From: Campylobacterota bacterium
GTDB lineage: Bacteria > Campylobacterota > Campylobacteria > Campylobacterales > Sulfurovaceae
Direction: 5' to 3'
Assembly: GCA_034722955.1 (NCBI GenBank)
Contig: JAYEOM010000139.1
Location: forward strand, 1-28,711
Length of the DNA stretch: 28,711 nucleotides
Position numbers and translations under genes: made by a program. The notes beneath the pieces were generated by a model that was given only the letters and a program-made list of their open reading frames with translations, was not told the DNA's origin and ran no database searches. Shown here one piece after another: positions 1 to 8,119 of the stretch (position 1 is the stretch's first letter; every line of letters begins with the position of its first letter).

Positions 1-170
1 TTAGTTTTAGTTGTTACCTGACCCCTTAGTTTCTTATTGGCTCTGCCTTGTCTGCGTTTGAGTGATTTAAACTTCTGTTTTGCCCATCGTTCTAGTCGTC
101 TATCAAGGTATCTCATCACATCGAAAAACTTATATCGTGCAAAGATAGAGTAGTAATTTACCCAACCTCT
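1..170 (-). pseudogene. Group II intron maturase (domain X/thumb) C-terminal fragment
   Basis: Manual translation: RGWVNYYSIFARYKFFDVMRYLDRRLERWAKQKFKSLKRRQGRANKKLR. This matches the RGWxNYY...LxRW domain X signature. In-frame stops lie just upstream and there is no start codon. Confidence 0.85.
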
Positions 171-351
171 ACTTGCATAGTGATATCGGTAGACCTACTA
201 CCATCTCTTATATAGCCAGGCTTTTGCAATCCTCCTAATTTACATTAGGCTACCCCAAGGAGATAAACACACAAATAGCTTTATGAGGTTTTTCATAGAC
301 AAGGCAATCGTTTGAAGGACTAGCCTTAGTTGTTACGCCTTCTTGGCACAC
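1..351 (-). mobile_element. Group II intron, internally deleted (5' RNA end joined to maturase domain X; 3' end outside window)
   Basis: Minus strand starts at 351 with GTGTGCCAAGAAGGCGTAACAACTAAGGCTAGTCC (GUGYG 5' consensus). About 180 nt later it runs into maturase coding sequence. No RT domain lies in between. Confidence 0.7.
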
Positions 352-386
352 TCTGACCTCGGCTAAACAGACAACAGAGGCTAATA

Positions 387-437
387 GGAACTGTGGATTT
401 AGCCTCAGCCATAAGGTGGAGCTAAAACACCATTTCC
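387..437. repeat. REP-like imperfect inverted-repeat doublet
   Basis: GGAACTGTGGATTTAGCCTCAGCC-ATAA-GGTGGAGCTAAAACACCATTTCC; the two arms are imperfectly complementary. Confidence 0.5.
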
Positions 438-521
438 AAAAACTCTTATTTCATTGGCATTGCCAAGGACGAGTGGGAACGAGCAATATATCATTGTCTC
501 TCTTTTGTTTTGTAATGCTCA

Positions 522-530
522 TGTTATAAT
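522..530 (+). promoter_or_regulatory. Extended -10 promoter (TGnTATAAT)
   Basis: TGTTATAAT upstream of the AAAGGAG RBS and the GTG start at 564. Confidence 0.55.
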
Positions 531-563
531 GCAGGAATTCAGAAATTACAAAAGGAGTATCTT

Positions 564-1562
564 GTGGAAAATAAGTTGGTTTTAAAACAGGGCGTTAAGA
601 AGTATGGAGTCTCCATCGTATTGTTACTTTTTCTAATCTTACTTTTGGCTAGTATAGCTATGCCAAAACTTGCTGCTACCCGTGAGGATGCAGAAAATGC
701 AAGAGCATACTATGAAGCGAAAAATAATGCAAGTAAAGCTACACAGAGAGATACAACAGCAAAGAGTTACAAAATGGACTCTTCACTTTTTGAAATCAAG
801 CATTATAAAGTAACTTACGAAAGTAGCGAAACTGAAACTTTGCAAAAACAGATAAAAACACTCAAAGAGAAAGACTATATACTGTTCGACAAATATAGTG
901 AATCTAGAGATAAAAGCACCTATACACTTAAAGTCAAAAGAGAAAAAAGTGGGGAAGTGCTGGAGTTTTTAGAAAAGTTATCTCCAAAAAGTGTACATCT
1001 TGATGTAGAAAATATCAAAAAAACTATTGACTCCAGTATAAACCAAGAACAACTACTTGAAGATAAATTGAAAAAACTAGAAACTATCTTGACAGACGCT
1101 ACGCAATCCTACAGTAGTCTGCTGCTCTTGGCGAAAGAAAAAAACAATGTTGATGCGTTGACTAAACTTGTTGACCTAAAAATCAATACACTCAATCGTT
1201 TGAGTAGTGAACGCAACATAATACTATCTCAAATTCACGATATTAAGAAAAACAAGAAAGATCTTTTTGATAGTCTAAATTATGTAATTTTTACTATAAC
1301 TATAAAAGAGTTTCTCTATATAGATATGCAGAGATTAAAAGATAGCTGGAGATATGATTTCAAAGCACTTATAGAAAATTTTAATTCATTAGGACAAAGC
1401 TTAACAACTACATTGGTCTCATTTATTATTAAACTTTTAGAGTTCTTTATCTATTTTGTTTTGATGTTATTTATCTTGAAAGTCATTATATTTATAGTGA
1501 AAAAAGTTTTTTCGCTAGAGGCAGTAAGTCTGTTTGAACAAAAGAAAGAGGATGCAGAATAG
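564..1562 (+). CDS. Membrane-anchored coiled-coil protein, DUF4349-like
   Basis: N-terminal hydrophobic segment, central coiled coil, C-terminal TM helix; AAAGGAG RBS with GTG start. Confidence 0.55.
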   Translation: MENKLVLKQGVKKYGVSIVLLLFLILLLASIAMPKLAATREDAENARAYYEAKNNASKATQRDTTAKSYKMDSSLFEIKHYKVTYESSETETLQKQIKTLKEKDYILFDKYSESRDKSTYTLKVKREKSGEVLEFLEKLSPKSVHLDVENIKKTIDSSINQEQLLEDKLKKLETILTDATQSYSSLLLLAKEKNNVDALTKLVDLKINTLNRLSSERNIILSQIHDIKKNKKDLFDSLNYVIFTITIKEFLYIDMQRLKDSWRYDFKALIENFNSLGQSLTTTLVSFIIKLLEFFIYFVLMLFILKVIIFIVKKVFSLEAVSLFEQKKEDAE

Positions 1563-1693
1563 TAATGTTCATTAGCAATTGATTCTTAAATCAGATATAT
1601 AAAGTGAAAATAGACAAAGTGCTTGCAGTGCATTAGGTATGGAAAGTGATAATACAAAAATAATGTTCGCATCAATGGATGTTTTGATTGACC

Positions 1694-2719
1694 CTAGAGA
1701 TAAAACCCCAACAACACCCCATCCATAAACTGCTCATCAGACTTCTCAGGTAGATCGGAGCTCTTTAACTTCTCTTGTACTATTGTTAGCTTCTTATCTA
1801 TATACTCCATGACATCTTCTAGTGATTCGTGACCATCTTTGATGGATTTGACATAGCTGGCATTTGGGAGTGGGAATGTGATGAAGTTGTCATCGAGGAG
1901 CTCTTCTACTTCGGAGATGACGCGTACGGCATGGGAGAGGGCTTTGAAATCTACTCCTGTGGCACTTGCTTTTGAGCGGTTGCCGAACTGCTCTTGCATA
2001 GTTGTGATCTTCTCTACGAAATAACCTATAGTGACCATCTCGGAGAAGCGTTTGCCAAGCACTTCGATATACTCACCCTCTCTATAGCTATCGTTGCCCC
2101 GCGAAGTCGCTGCGGTAATAAATCGGATATATTTATATCTATGTGCATCAAAGAGTGCTTGGACTTGAGGGAAGAGGGTCTGTAGCTTCTGTACACCCAA
2201 ATCCTGCACTAGTGGGCTAAACTCCGTCACAAAGGAGAGCAACTCTTTGTAGCGTTCGCCTTTGACATTGTACATCTTGCTCTGCCCTACACAGTAGCCG
2301 ATAAATGAGTGGAGATTGCGATTGTAAAATCTATGGTGGTTTTGCATCATCATCTGTGTAAACTCTCTATCATTGACTATCTGCGTATCTTCACGATAGA
2401 GAGAGAAGAGTATATCCAAGGCTCCAGTCTCTCCCTTTTTGAGTAGGGCAAACCACTTGTAGATACTGTAGAGCTGGAGGTCTATATCCTCTTTGGAGTT
2501 TTTGGTATTGCTAGAGTTGCTGTTGTGGTTGTAGTGCTCTATATCCCTCTTGAGTAGTAGGTCTCTTCTACTCGGGATGAAGATACCCTTATAGTCTCTG
2601 TCGGAGTTGGGATTGTCTGTACCGTATAGCTTGGAGCCGTACTGTGTGATATAGACGATACGATACCCATACTGCTCTTCAAACTCTTGGATGATTGTGC
2701 TGAGACTGTTTTGATCCAT
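1694..2719 (-). CDS. DNA polymerase beta-superfamily nucleotidyltransferase (RlaP/YcgL-like)
   Basis: YGSKLYGTDNPNSDRDYKGIF (GS...G...SDxD NTase motif); C-terminal DFKALSHAVRV helix; GGAGG RBS. Confidence 0.85.
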   Translation of the reverse strand: MDQNSLSTIIQEFEEQYGYRIVYITQYGSKLYGTDNPNSDRDYKGIFIPSRRDLLLKRDIEHYNHNSNSSNTKNSKEDIDLQLYSIYKWFALLKKGETGALDILFSLYREDTQIVNDREFTQMMMQNHHRFYNRNLHSFIGYCVGQSKMYNVKGERYKELLSFVTEFSPLVQDLGVQKLQTLFPQVQALFDAHRYKYIRFITAATSRGNDSYREGEYIEVLGKRFSEMVTIGYFVEKITTMQEQFGNRSKASATGVDFKALSHAVRVISEVEELLDDNFITFPLPNASYVKSIKDGHESLEDVMEYIDKKLTIVQEKLKSSDLPEKSDEQFMDGVLLGFYL

Positions 2720-2732
2720 CTTTCTTTACCTC

Positions 2733-3422
2733 CTAAAACGGCAACAACTTCCCTATCATACCTTTGGGTGCTTGTATCAAGAGAGGGTTTTTGTCATAGT
2801 CGAGCCATCGGAGTATCTCTTTCATCTGCTTTTCACTCATGACTGTACAGCCTGCTGTCGGTATACTCTTGATATGGATAAAGATACATGAGCCTGCTCC
2901 TCGTTTGGCTCTGGCATTGTGATCTACAACGATACCATATTTATAGAAATTTTTGGGGAACTTCATATGCTCGAAGCTCTTATAATCTCTGCGAATTTTT
3001 GTACTATCTACGATCTTGTTGTAGTATTTGGAGTTGACATCATCTACACAGTGATCTGTCTCTTTGTAGACTTCATAAGGGTAAGATATGTTAAAAGGTG
3101 CATAGCCAAACCCCTGCTTGAGCCAGAAGATACCAGCAGGTGCTTTACCATCCCCTTCTCTCTTGATGGGATTGCCATCTTTGGGTATCTTGTGCAAGCC
3201 TATACCCCAGCCTAGACCGTTGCGTCCTATCTTGACAGAGATGGCTTTGCCTACTCTATACCACTGATCTCTCTTTTTTACATATCGTTGCAAAACTCCT
3301 GAGGGAGTACTCCAATTCTTGGTAGTTACAGTGATGATCTGCTTGGCTTTAATAGGTTCTGCTTTGACCCCTGAAGCCTGTGATAGCACTAGAGAGAGAC
3401 AGAGTGCGAATAATATCTTCAT
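2733..3422 (-). CDS. L,D-transpeptidase (YkuD-like) family exported protein
   Basis: Signal peptide; KREGDGKAPAG and GSCIFIH...PTAGC catalytic His/Cys motif. Confidence 0.85.
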   Translation of the reverse strand: MKILFALCLSLVLSQASGVKAEPIKAKQIITVTTKNWSTPSGVLQRYVKKRDQWYRVGKAISVKIGRNGLGWGIGLHKIPKDGNPIKREGDGKAPAGIFWLKQGFGYAPFNISYPYEVYKETDHCVDDVNSKYYNKIVDSTKIRRDYKSFEHMKFPKNFYKYGIVVDHNARAKRGAGSCIFIHIKSIPTAGCTVMSEKQMKEILRWLDYDKNPLLIQAPKGMIGKLLPF

Positions 3423-3723
3423 GGCAATACTCCTTATGATATAATAGTGCCATTATAGCTAAATATTTGATTAGGCTAAACCCAAGGATATAGACACCCA
3501 AAATAGAAGCCACAGAGATTAGTATTAAAGATTGTAGTTGTTACCAGAATCCAATATTCTAGCTATCTCTTTTTTGAAAGTTTATTTTCTTCACCTCCCT
3601 AAAATTTCTAAAATTCATAGAAAAAATACGGCAACTACAACACAACTCTATGCATCACAGCGTCTATTGTATTTTGTTTCTACTGGATGCAAAGAGGTTG
3701 CGGAGGGATCATTATGAGGAGAG

Positions 3724-4557
3724 TTAATATGGTGCTCTATTGCAGACAAATGTTTCTTCATTGAAGTCATATAATAGTATTGCATTTGAAGTAATATGTT
3801 CTAGCTTGTAGAGAGACCCTTTTTCACTATAGTAGATGCAACCATGCCAAATTTCACACCACTCCCAATCAGGTTTTTCATTGGTGGTATGGCGATGAAT
3901 AATGGCATGATCTTCCCAAAATGAACCTTTTCCTTTCAACTCTACCCTATCAGGGTTATAACCGTGAACTCGTTTTTCAAGTAGATAATCTTCATCAATT
4001 TTTTTTCTAAAGATATAGGTTTTTTTCTCTTTGCCTATAAAGTCCCACCCACTCTTCATAAATCTAGCACAAAAAGTATGTTCGCCAAAGAGTACTTCAT
4101 CAATGGCATTAAAAGGTTGATGTTTTTCGGCATACTCCGACCTCGTAACTCCAATGAGACTTTTGTCTATAAACTTGTGATTCCCAACCTTGCCATTATG
4201 GAGTAGGTAGTGTCCATTATCAATAAAAAAACCACCACCCCAAAAACCTCTATCCCACCAAAAACAGGTTGCTTTGATCCAAGGAGCCTTGGAAATTGCA
4301 GTATAGCTATGCCCTTTGTCATTAGCAGTGTAGATAAAGTGTTCTCCATCAGGTGAGATATCACTCAAAGATTCGTGAATACGGGATTTTAACCACTGTG
4401 ATACTGTGATTTTATCGGTGAGTAAATCCCAACGAAAAACCCCTGTCTCTTTAGCTCTTCGCCTACATAGCACAAGGGCGGTGTAGCTATCTGTTGGAAT
4501 CGCTGCATAAACTCTTGCAGGAATTGGGTCACTTGACTTCTGTTTTTTTTCAGTCAT
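3724..4557 (-). CDS. Conserved hypothetical protein (possible beta-propeller, DISPDG motif)
   Basis: 277-aa ORF with QWLKSRIHE..SDISPDGEHFIY and WGGGFF motifs. Confidence 0.65.
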   Translation of the reverse strand: MTEKKQKSSDPIPARVYAAIPTDSYTALVLCRRRAKETGVFRWDLLTDKITVSQWLKSRIHESLSDISPDGEHFIYTANDKGHSYTAISKAPWIKATCFWWDRGFWGGGFFIDNGHYLLHNGKVGNHKFIDKSLIGVTRSEYAEKHQPFNAIDEVLFGEHTFCARFMKSGWDFIGKEKKTYIFRKKIDEDYLLEKRVHGYNPDRVELKGKGSFWEDHAIIHRHTTNEKPDWEWCEIWHGCIYYSEKGSLYKLEHITSNAILLYDFNEETFVCNRAPY

Positions 4558-4783
4558 ACTATTTCTCTCAATATTTTTTTGATAATGATATTACACAAGA
4601 GAGTTGTGGTTGTTAATAGACCCCTTTAGCTTTGGCTTTAACAACTATTGAAATATACACATCGTGTGTAGTGTGTTAAACCATTTTAGATATATGAAAG
4701 TATTCTCTCTTTTATCAAAATAATAATTAATTTCATCGGACTGAATATCTAACACATCTACTAGCTCTTCCATCTCAATATAT

Positions 4784-5704
4784 TTACGCTTCATCTTCTA
4801 CCTCCTCAAACCACCAACCAATAACCTCTTTATGTTTTTTGGAAGCTTCACTAAACCACTCTTCTACAGCCATCGCATCTAATCCAAATCCATGACTTCC
4901 CATAAACTTTTGCTCATAATGTGCCATTGATTCAAACCCTTCGAGCATAGCGACGATGGCATATCTTGCACCAATATTATCATTGATATTTGATTTTAGC
5001 AGTTGCATAAAAACTTCTAAAGCCTCCTCTTTATCTTCAATTTCCCATAAAAACATTCCAAACTGAGATATCATTCTAATGACATGTCGGTTTTCTATAT
5101 ATCCCCACTCAAGCTCATCAGGGAATCTACCATTATTTAAAACCAAATCCATGGCTTTACCATAACCTCTATTTAAAATTTTTGCTGCATCTCCAAAATC
5201 TTTATTTGCATAATAATACTCATGAAGCGTAATATATGGGTCAAAAAAGTTTGGGTCTTTTTTTATTATCTTTTTCAAAGTCTTGATACTTTTATCACTC
5301 TCTTCTGAGATTTTACTATCTAAAAAATCCCAATACATCTGATTGACTTCATATCTATCAGTATCATAAAAAGCGTAAGACTCATGCGAACGAACACTAA
5401 TCTTTTGACCATTAAGATAAAACTCAATATCCATCATTTTCCCTGAAATAGCCGTTGCTTTTACATTGAAAAACTCTCCCACCATTTTTGCAGTAATTCC
5501 ACCTCGTCCATTTAACTTTTGCTGTTTCACATAAATATAAGCAATAGTAGCAGCCAAAAGTTTCATATTTTGAGCATCAGTTACTTTGTGCGAGTTCTCA
5601 TTTAGAGTATCTAGAAGTTTTAAAACATCTAGCTTATCCTCTAAATATTTATTGGCGAACTCTTCTAGCTCTATTTTTATATCTTTATAATTATTATTTA
5701 ACAT
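4784..5704 (-). CDS. Hypothetical protein: N-terminal DUF6398-like helical domain plus TPR-like C-terminal domain
   Basis: AATIAYIY...ITAKMVGEFF N-domain; LEWGYIENRH and LLKSNINDNIGARY TPR-like motifs; AAGGAA RBS. Confidence 0.65.
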   Translation of the reverse strand: MLNNNYKDIKIELEEFANKYLEDKLDVLKLLDTLNENSHKVTDAQNMKLLAATIAYIYVKQQKLNGRGGITAKMVGEFFNVKATAISGKMMDIEFYLNGQKISVRSHESYAFYDTDRYEVNQMYWDFLDSKISEESDKSIKTLKKIIKKDPNFFDPYITLHEYYYANKDFGDAAKILNRGYGKAMDLVLNNGRFPDELEWGYIENRHVIRMISQFGMFLWEIEDKEEALEVFMQLLKSNINDNIGARYAIVAMLEGFESMAHYEQKFMGSHGFGLDAMAVEEWFSEASKKHKEVIGWWFEEVEDEA

Positions 5705-5987
5705 ATTCTGTTCCTTTTTTAGGCTATCTGATTTTATCTTCTTTTGCTACAATCCAAGCTATGAATACAATATATTTTTGAATTACCCACACTTTTTTAG
5801 AAGGAACCTTTTGTATTATCTACCTTGCAGAGAGCTACTATATCAGCTTCTCTCTTCTCTATTCGTTGCAACTCTTTATCTACGAACTCTATATCTGTTA
5901 CATCAAGTTCTAAAATGTACTTGGATGGTAGAGGGGTCAGGCGTTGAATATACACTTCTTATGTTGTAATACCAAAAACAGTAGAGG

Positions 5988-6061
5988 GTAGAGTAGAAAA
6001 CAGGCAAGCCACCAACAAATACACTGGCACTTCTCCAATTTCCCCTCATCAAACCGTGCAC
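5988..6061 (-). mobile_element. Group II intron 3' remnant (3' half of domain V plus domain VI)
   Basis: Minus strand GTGCACGGTTTGATGAGGGGAAATTGG...CCTGTTTTCT-A-CTCTAC: 3' arm of domain V, then a domain VI stem with a bulged A 7 nt from an AC 3' end. Confidence 0.8.
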
Positions 6062-6189
6062 TATATCGTAATATCTGGACAAAATATCCTGCTATTTTTT
6101 GAGGAGAATGTTGTGGAGAAAAAGAAAAAATTATTAAATCAGATATGTATAAAGTGACATTCAATACACGGCACTTAGTGTGAGCGGCA

Positions 6190-7008
6190 TTAGTAGGGCA
6201 AAATAGCTGCTATCCATGGTTCGTGATGAGTGCCATAGTTCAGTATGACTCTGTATCGTGGATCTTTAGAGATATCCTGTTTTGCTTTGTTCGCTGCAAT
6301 GATCTCATCAAGCTTCTGGCGATGTTCGAGGGGAACATGTATATTTTCGATACTCAATCTAACAATAGTGCCAATGATTCTCTTTTTTCGGTAACGATAT
6401 CTTGGCTTAACTAGCCCTTTTGCTATGATAAATCGTGTTTGATCGCTGTATTTTTTGCTCAATATCTCAGGATCGATAGCTGCATCAACAGCAAAGAGTC
6501 GAGATTGATTTGTCTGTTCACTCTCAAATATCTTCTCTATCTTTGCAACATCGTTACGCAGCTTTTTGTCGTTGATGCTTAGATCCAGTAGGTCTTGTTC
6601 TCTTTTTAGGGCTGCTTGTGTTCGCTCCATAGATCTCCTGTAATCTTCACCGTCATATTCAAGTACTATGAAAACCTCTCTGCTGATAGGTTCTCTCTTC
6701 TGATCATCTGCTATATCAAATCCAAGCTCTTCAAGTTTCTCAATATTGAGCCAAGCTGGCTCTTTTGAGTAGTAGCTGTGCCGCTCATCAACATCTTTCA
6801 AGACTCTCCATCTCAGCTTGAGAGATAGACCACTATTCTCTTTGTGGGTACGATAGGGCCAGCTCAATTCTCGTTCGGTAAGTGTGATCTCTCTCTTTTG
6901 CTCTGATGATCTGTTGAAAAATACTTCTGTCAAAACGATAATGTTGATAACGATAACAGTAAAAAAAGCAGATAAAAAGAGTCTGCGAGAGGTTATATAT
7001 ATCTTCAT
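6190..7008 (-). CDS. DUF4824 family protein
   Basis: N-terminal TM; LTERELS, ENSGLSLKLRWR, SRLFAVDA and PRYRVILNYG..HEPWI motifs; 4-nt overlap with the upstream gene. Confidence 0.75.
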   Translation of the reverse strand: MKIYITSRRLFLSAFFTVIVINIIVLTEVFFNRSSEQKREITLTERELSWPYRTHKENSGLSLKLRWRVLKDVDERHSYYSKEPAWLNIEKLEELGFDIADDQKREPISREVFIVLEYDGEDYRRSMERTQAALKREQDLLDLSINDKKLRNDVAKIEKIFESEQTNQSRLFAVDAAIDPEILSKKYSDQTRFIIAKGLVKPRYRYRKKRIIGTIVRLSIENIHVPLEHRQKLDEIIAANKAKQDISKDPRYRVILNYGTHHEPWIAAILPY

Positions 7009-8081
7009 GCCGATACCTCCGGAGCAGTGTTGATGCCTATATTTCTCAATCGCTTAAAGATAAAGAGCATCAAGATAGCTGTCAATCCAATGAGGAAAAA
7101 GAAGAGATACTTAGGCATCCACTCCCACCACCAATCATAAAATTTGGTATATAGAAAAATAGTGAAAAAGAGAGTACCGGTGTTGACAACTTCAAACCAT
7201 CCCTTTTTGATACCGATATAGATGGCAGCTGCACTAAAAAGAAAACCGATGATTTGGTATAAGTTTTCGATAGATACCTTTGAGAAATCTATGTAGCTGA
7301 CCAAACCCCAATTTGAGAGGATCAAAACAGGAAGAAAAAATAGCAACATAGAAAAAACACGATAGATACTGCCAAAACCTGAAAATCTATCATGTGGCAG
7401 TAGAGAGAGTAGAAACAGTACAGCAGCAGCAGGGAAGAAGTTCTCTGGTCGTTCCCCGAAGTTGATCCAGTAGCAGCCGCTCCAAGTACCTGTTTTTGCT
7501 GATAAAAAAGATGCCATAAGGATAATCGCCATACCTAAGAGCAGGCGCGCATCTATAGCATAAGCAAGCAAAAATGCAAAAATAGCCCATATCAAAAAAG
7601 CATTTTCAGAGGGAGTTATGTTGAATATCTGCCCAATCATAGTGATATTCAAAATAAATGCAGCCAGAGTAACCAATCCGAAAATTTTTGAGAAGTAACC
7701 GGTTTTTTCTCTGCCGGAGAGATACATGGTAGCCCCTAAACCTATCAGAGGCGTAATGATCAAGATAGAGAGCTGGGTAACTGTCGAAAATCTTCCCCAA
7801 AATTGGTAAAAGAGAAAAAAGATACTCATAGCCAACCCAAGGGCACCCAAAAATGAGGTGATTTTCATCCCAAGGCTCAATTGTCTCTCATGATTGCTTG
7901 CATCTATATCAAATGCGGAAGATAGCTCCCCGATAAGATTATGATGATAATCAGAGATGGCAGAGTGCTGATCTGCGTTGAGGGTTATGACATTTTCCTG
8001 CTCCAAAACCTCTAGCTCTGACTGAAAATATTCAATCTGATCAACCCTCTTCTGAGCATCAGCTTTTGATCTTATCGACAT
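7005..8081 (-). CDS. DUF2157 domain polytopic membrane protein
   Basis: About 9-10 TM segments; LSLGMKITSFLGA, GQIFNI and FYDWWWEWMPKY motifs; paired with the DUF4824 gene. Confidence 0.75.
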   Translation of the reverse strand: MSIRSKADAQKRVDQIEYFQSELEVLEQENVITLNADQHSAISDYHHNLIGELSSAFDIDASNHERQLSLGMKITSFLGALGLAMSIFFLFYQFWGRFSTVTQLSILIITPLIGLGATMYLSGREKTGYFSKIFGLVTLAAFILNITMIGQIFNITPSENAFLIWAIFAFLLAYAIDARLLLGMAIILMASFLSAKTGTWSGCYWINFGERPENFFPAAAVLFLLSLLPHDRFSGFGSIYRVFSMLLFFLPVLILSNWGLVSYIDFSKVSIENLYQIIGFLFSAAAIYIGIKKGWFEVVNTGTLFFTIFLYTKFYDWWWEWMPKYLFFFLIGLTAILMLFIFKRLRNIGINTAPEVSA

Positions 8082-8119
8082 ATATTTATCCTTGTATGAT
8101 GGGTCATTTTGCTGTGTGC

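Noticed and set aside
16..26. CCTGACCCC motif resembling the one at 5933-5941
   Set aside because: Lies within the open maturase frame and is short enough to be coincidence.
4636..4682. Possible integron attC site (minus strand GTTTAAC...GTTAAAG) between two accessory genes
   Set aside because: Only about 46 bp, below typical attC length; no clear L boxes, no similar sites after neighbouring genes and no integrase.
5937..6164. 75-aa minus-strand ORF (and 5778-5969 plus-strand ORF)
   Set aside because: Spans non-coding intron remnant and scar sequence; no RBS or protein-like features.
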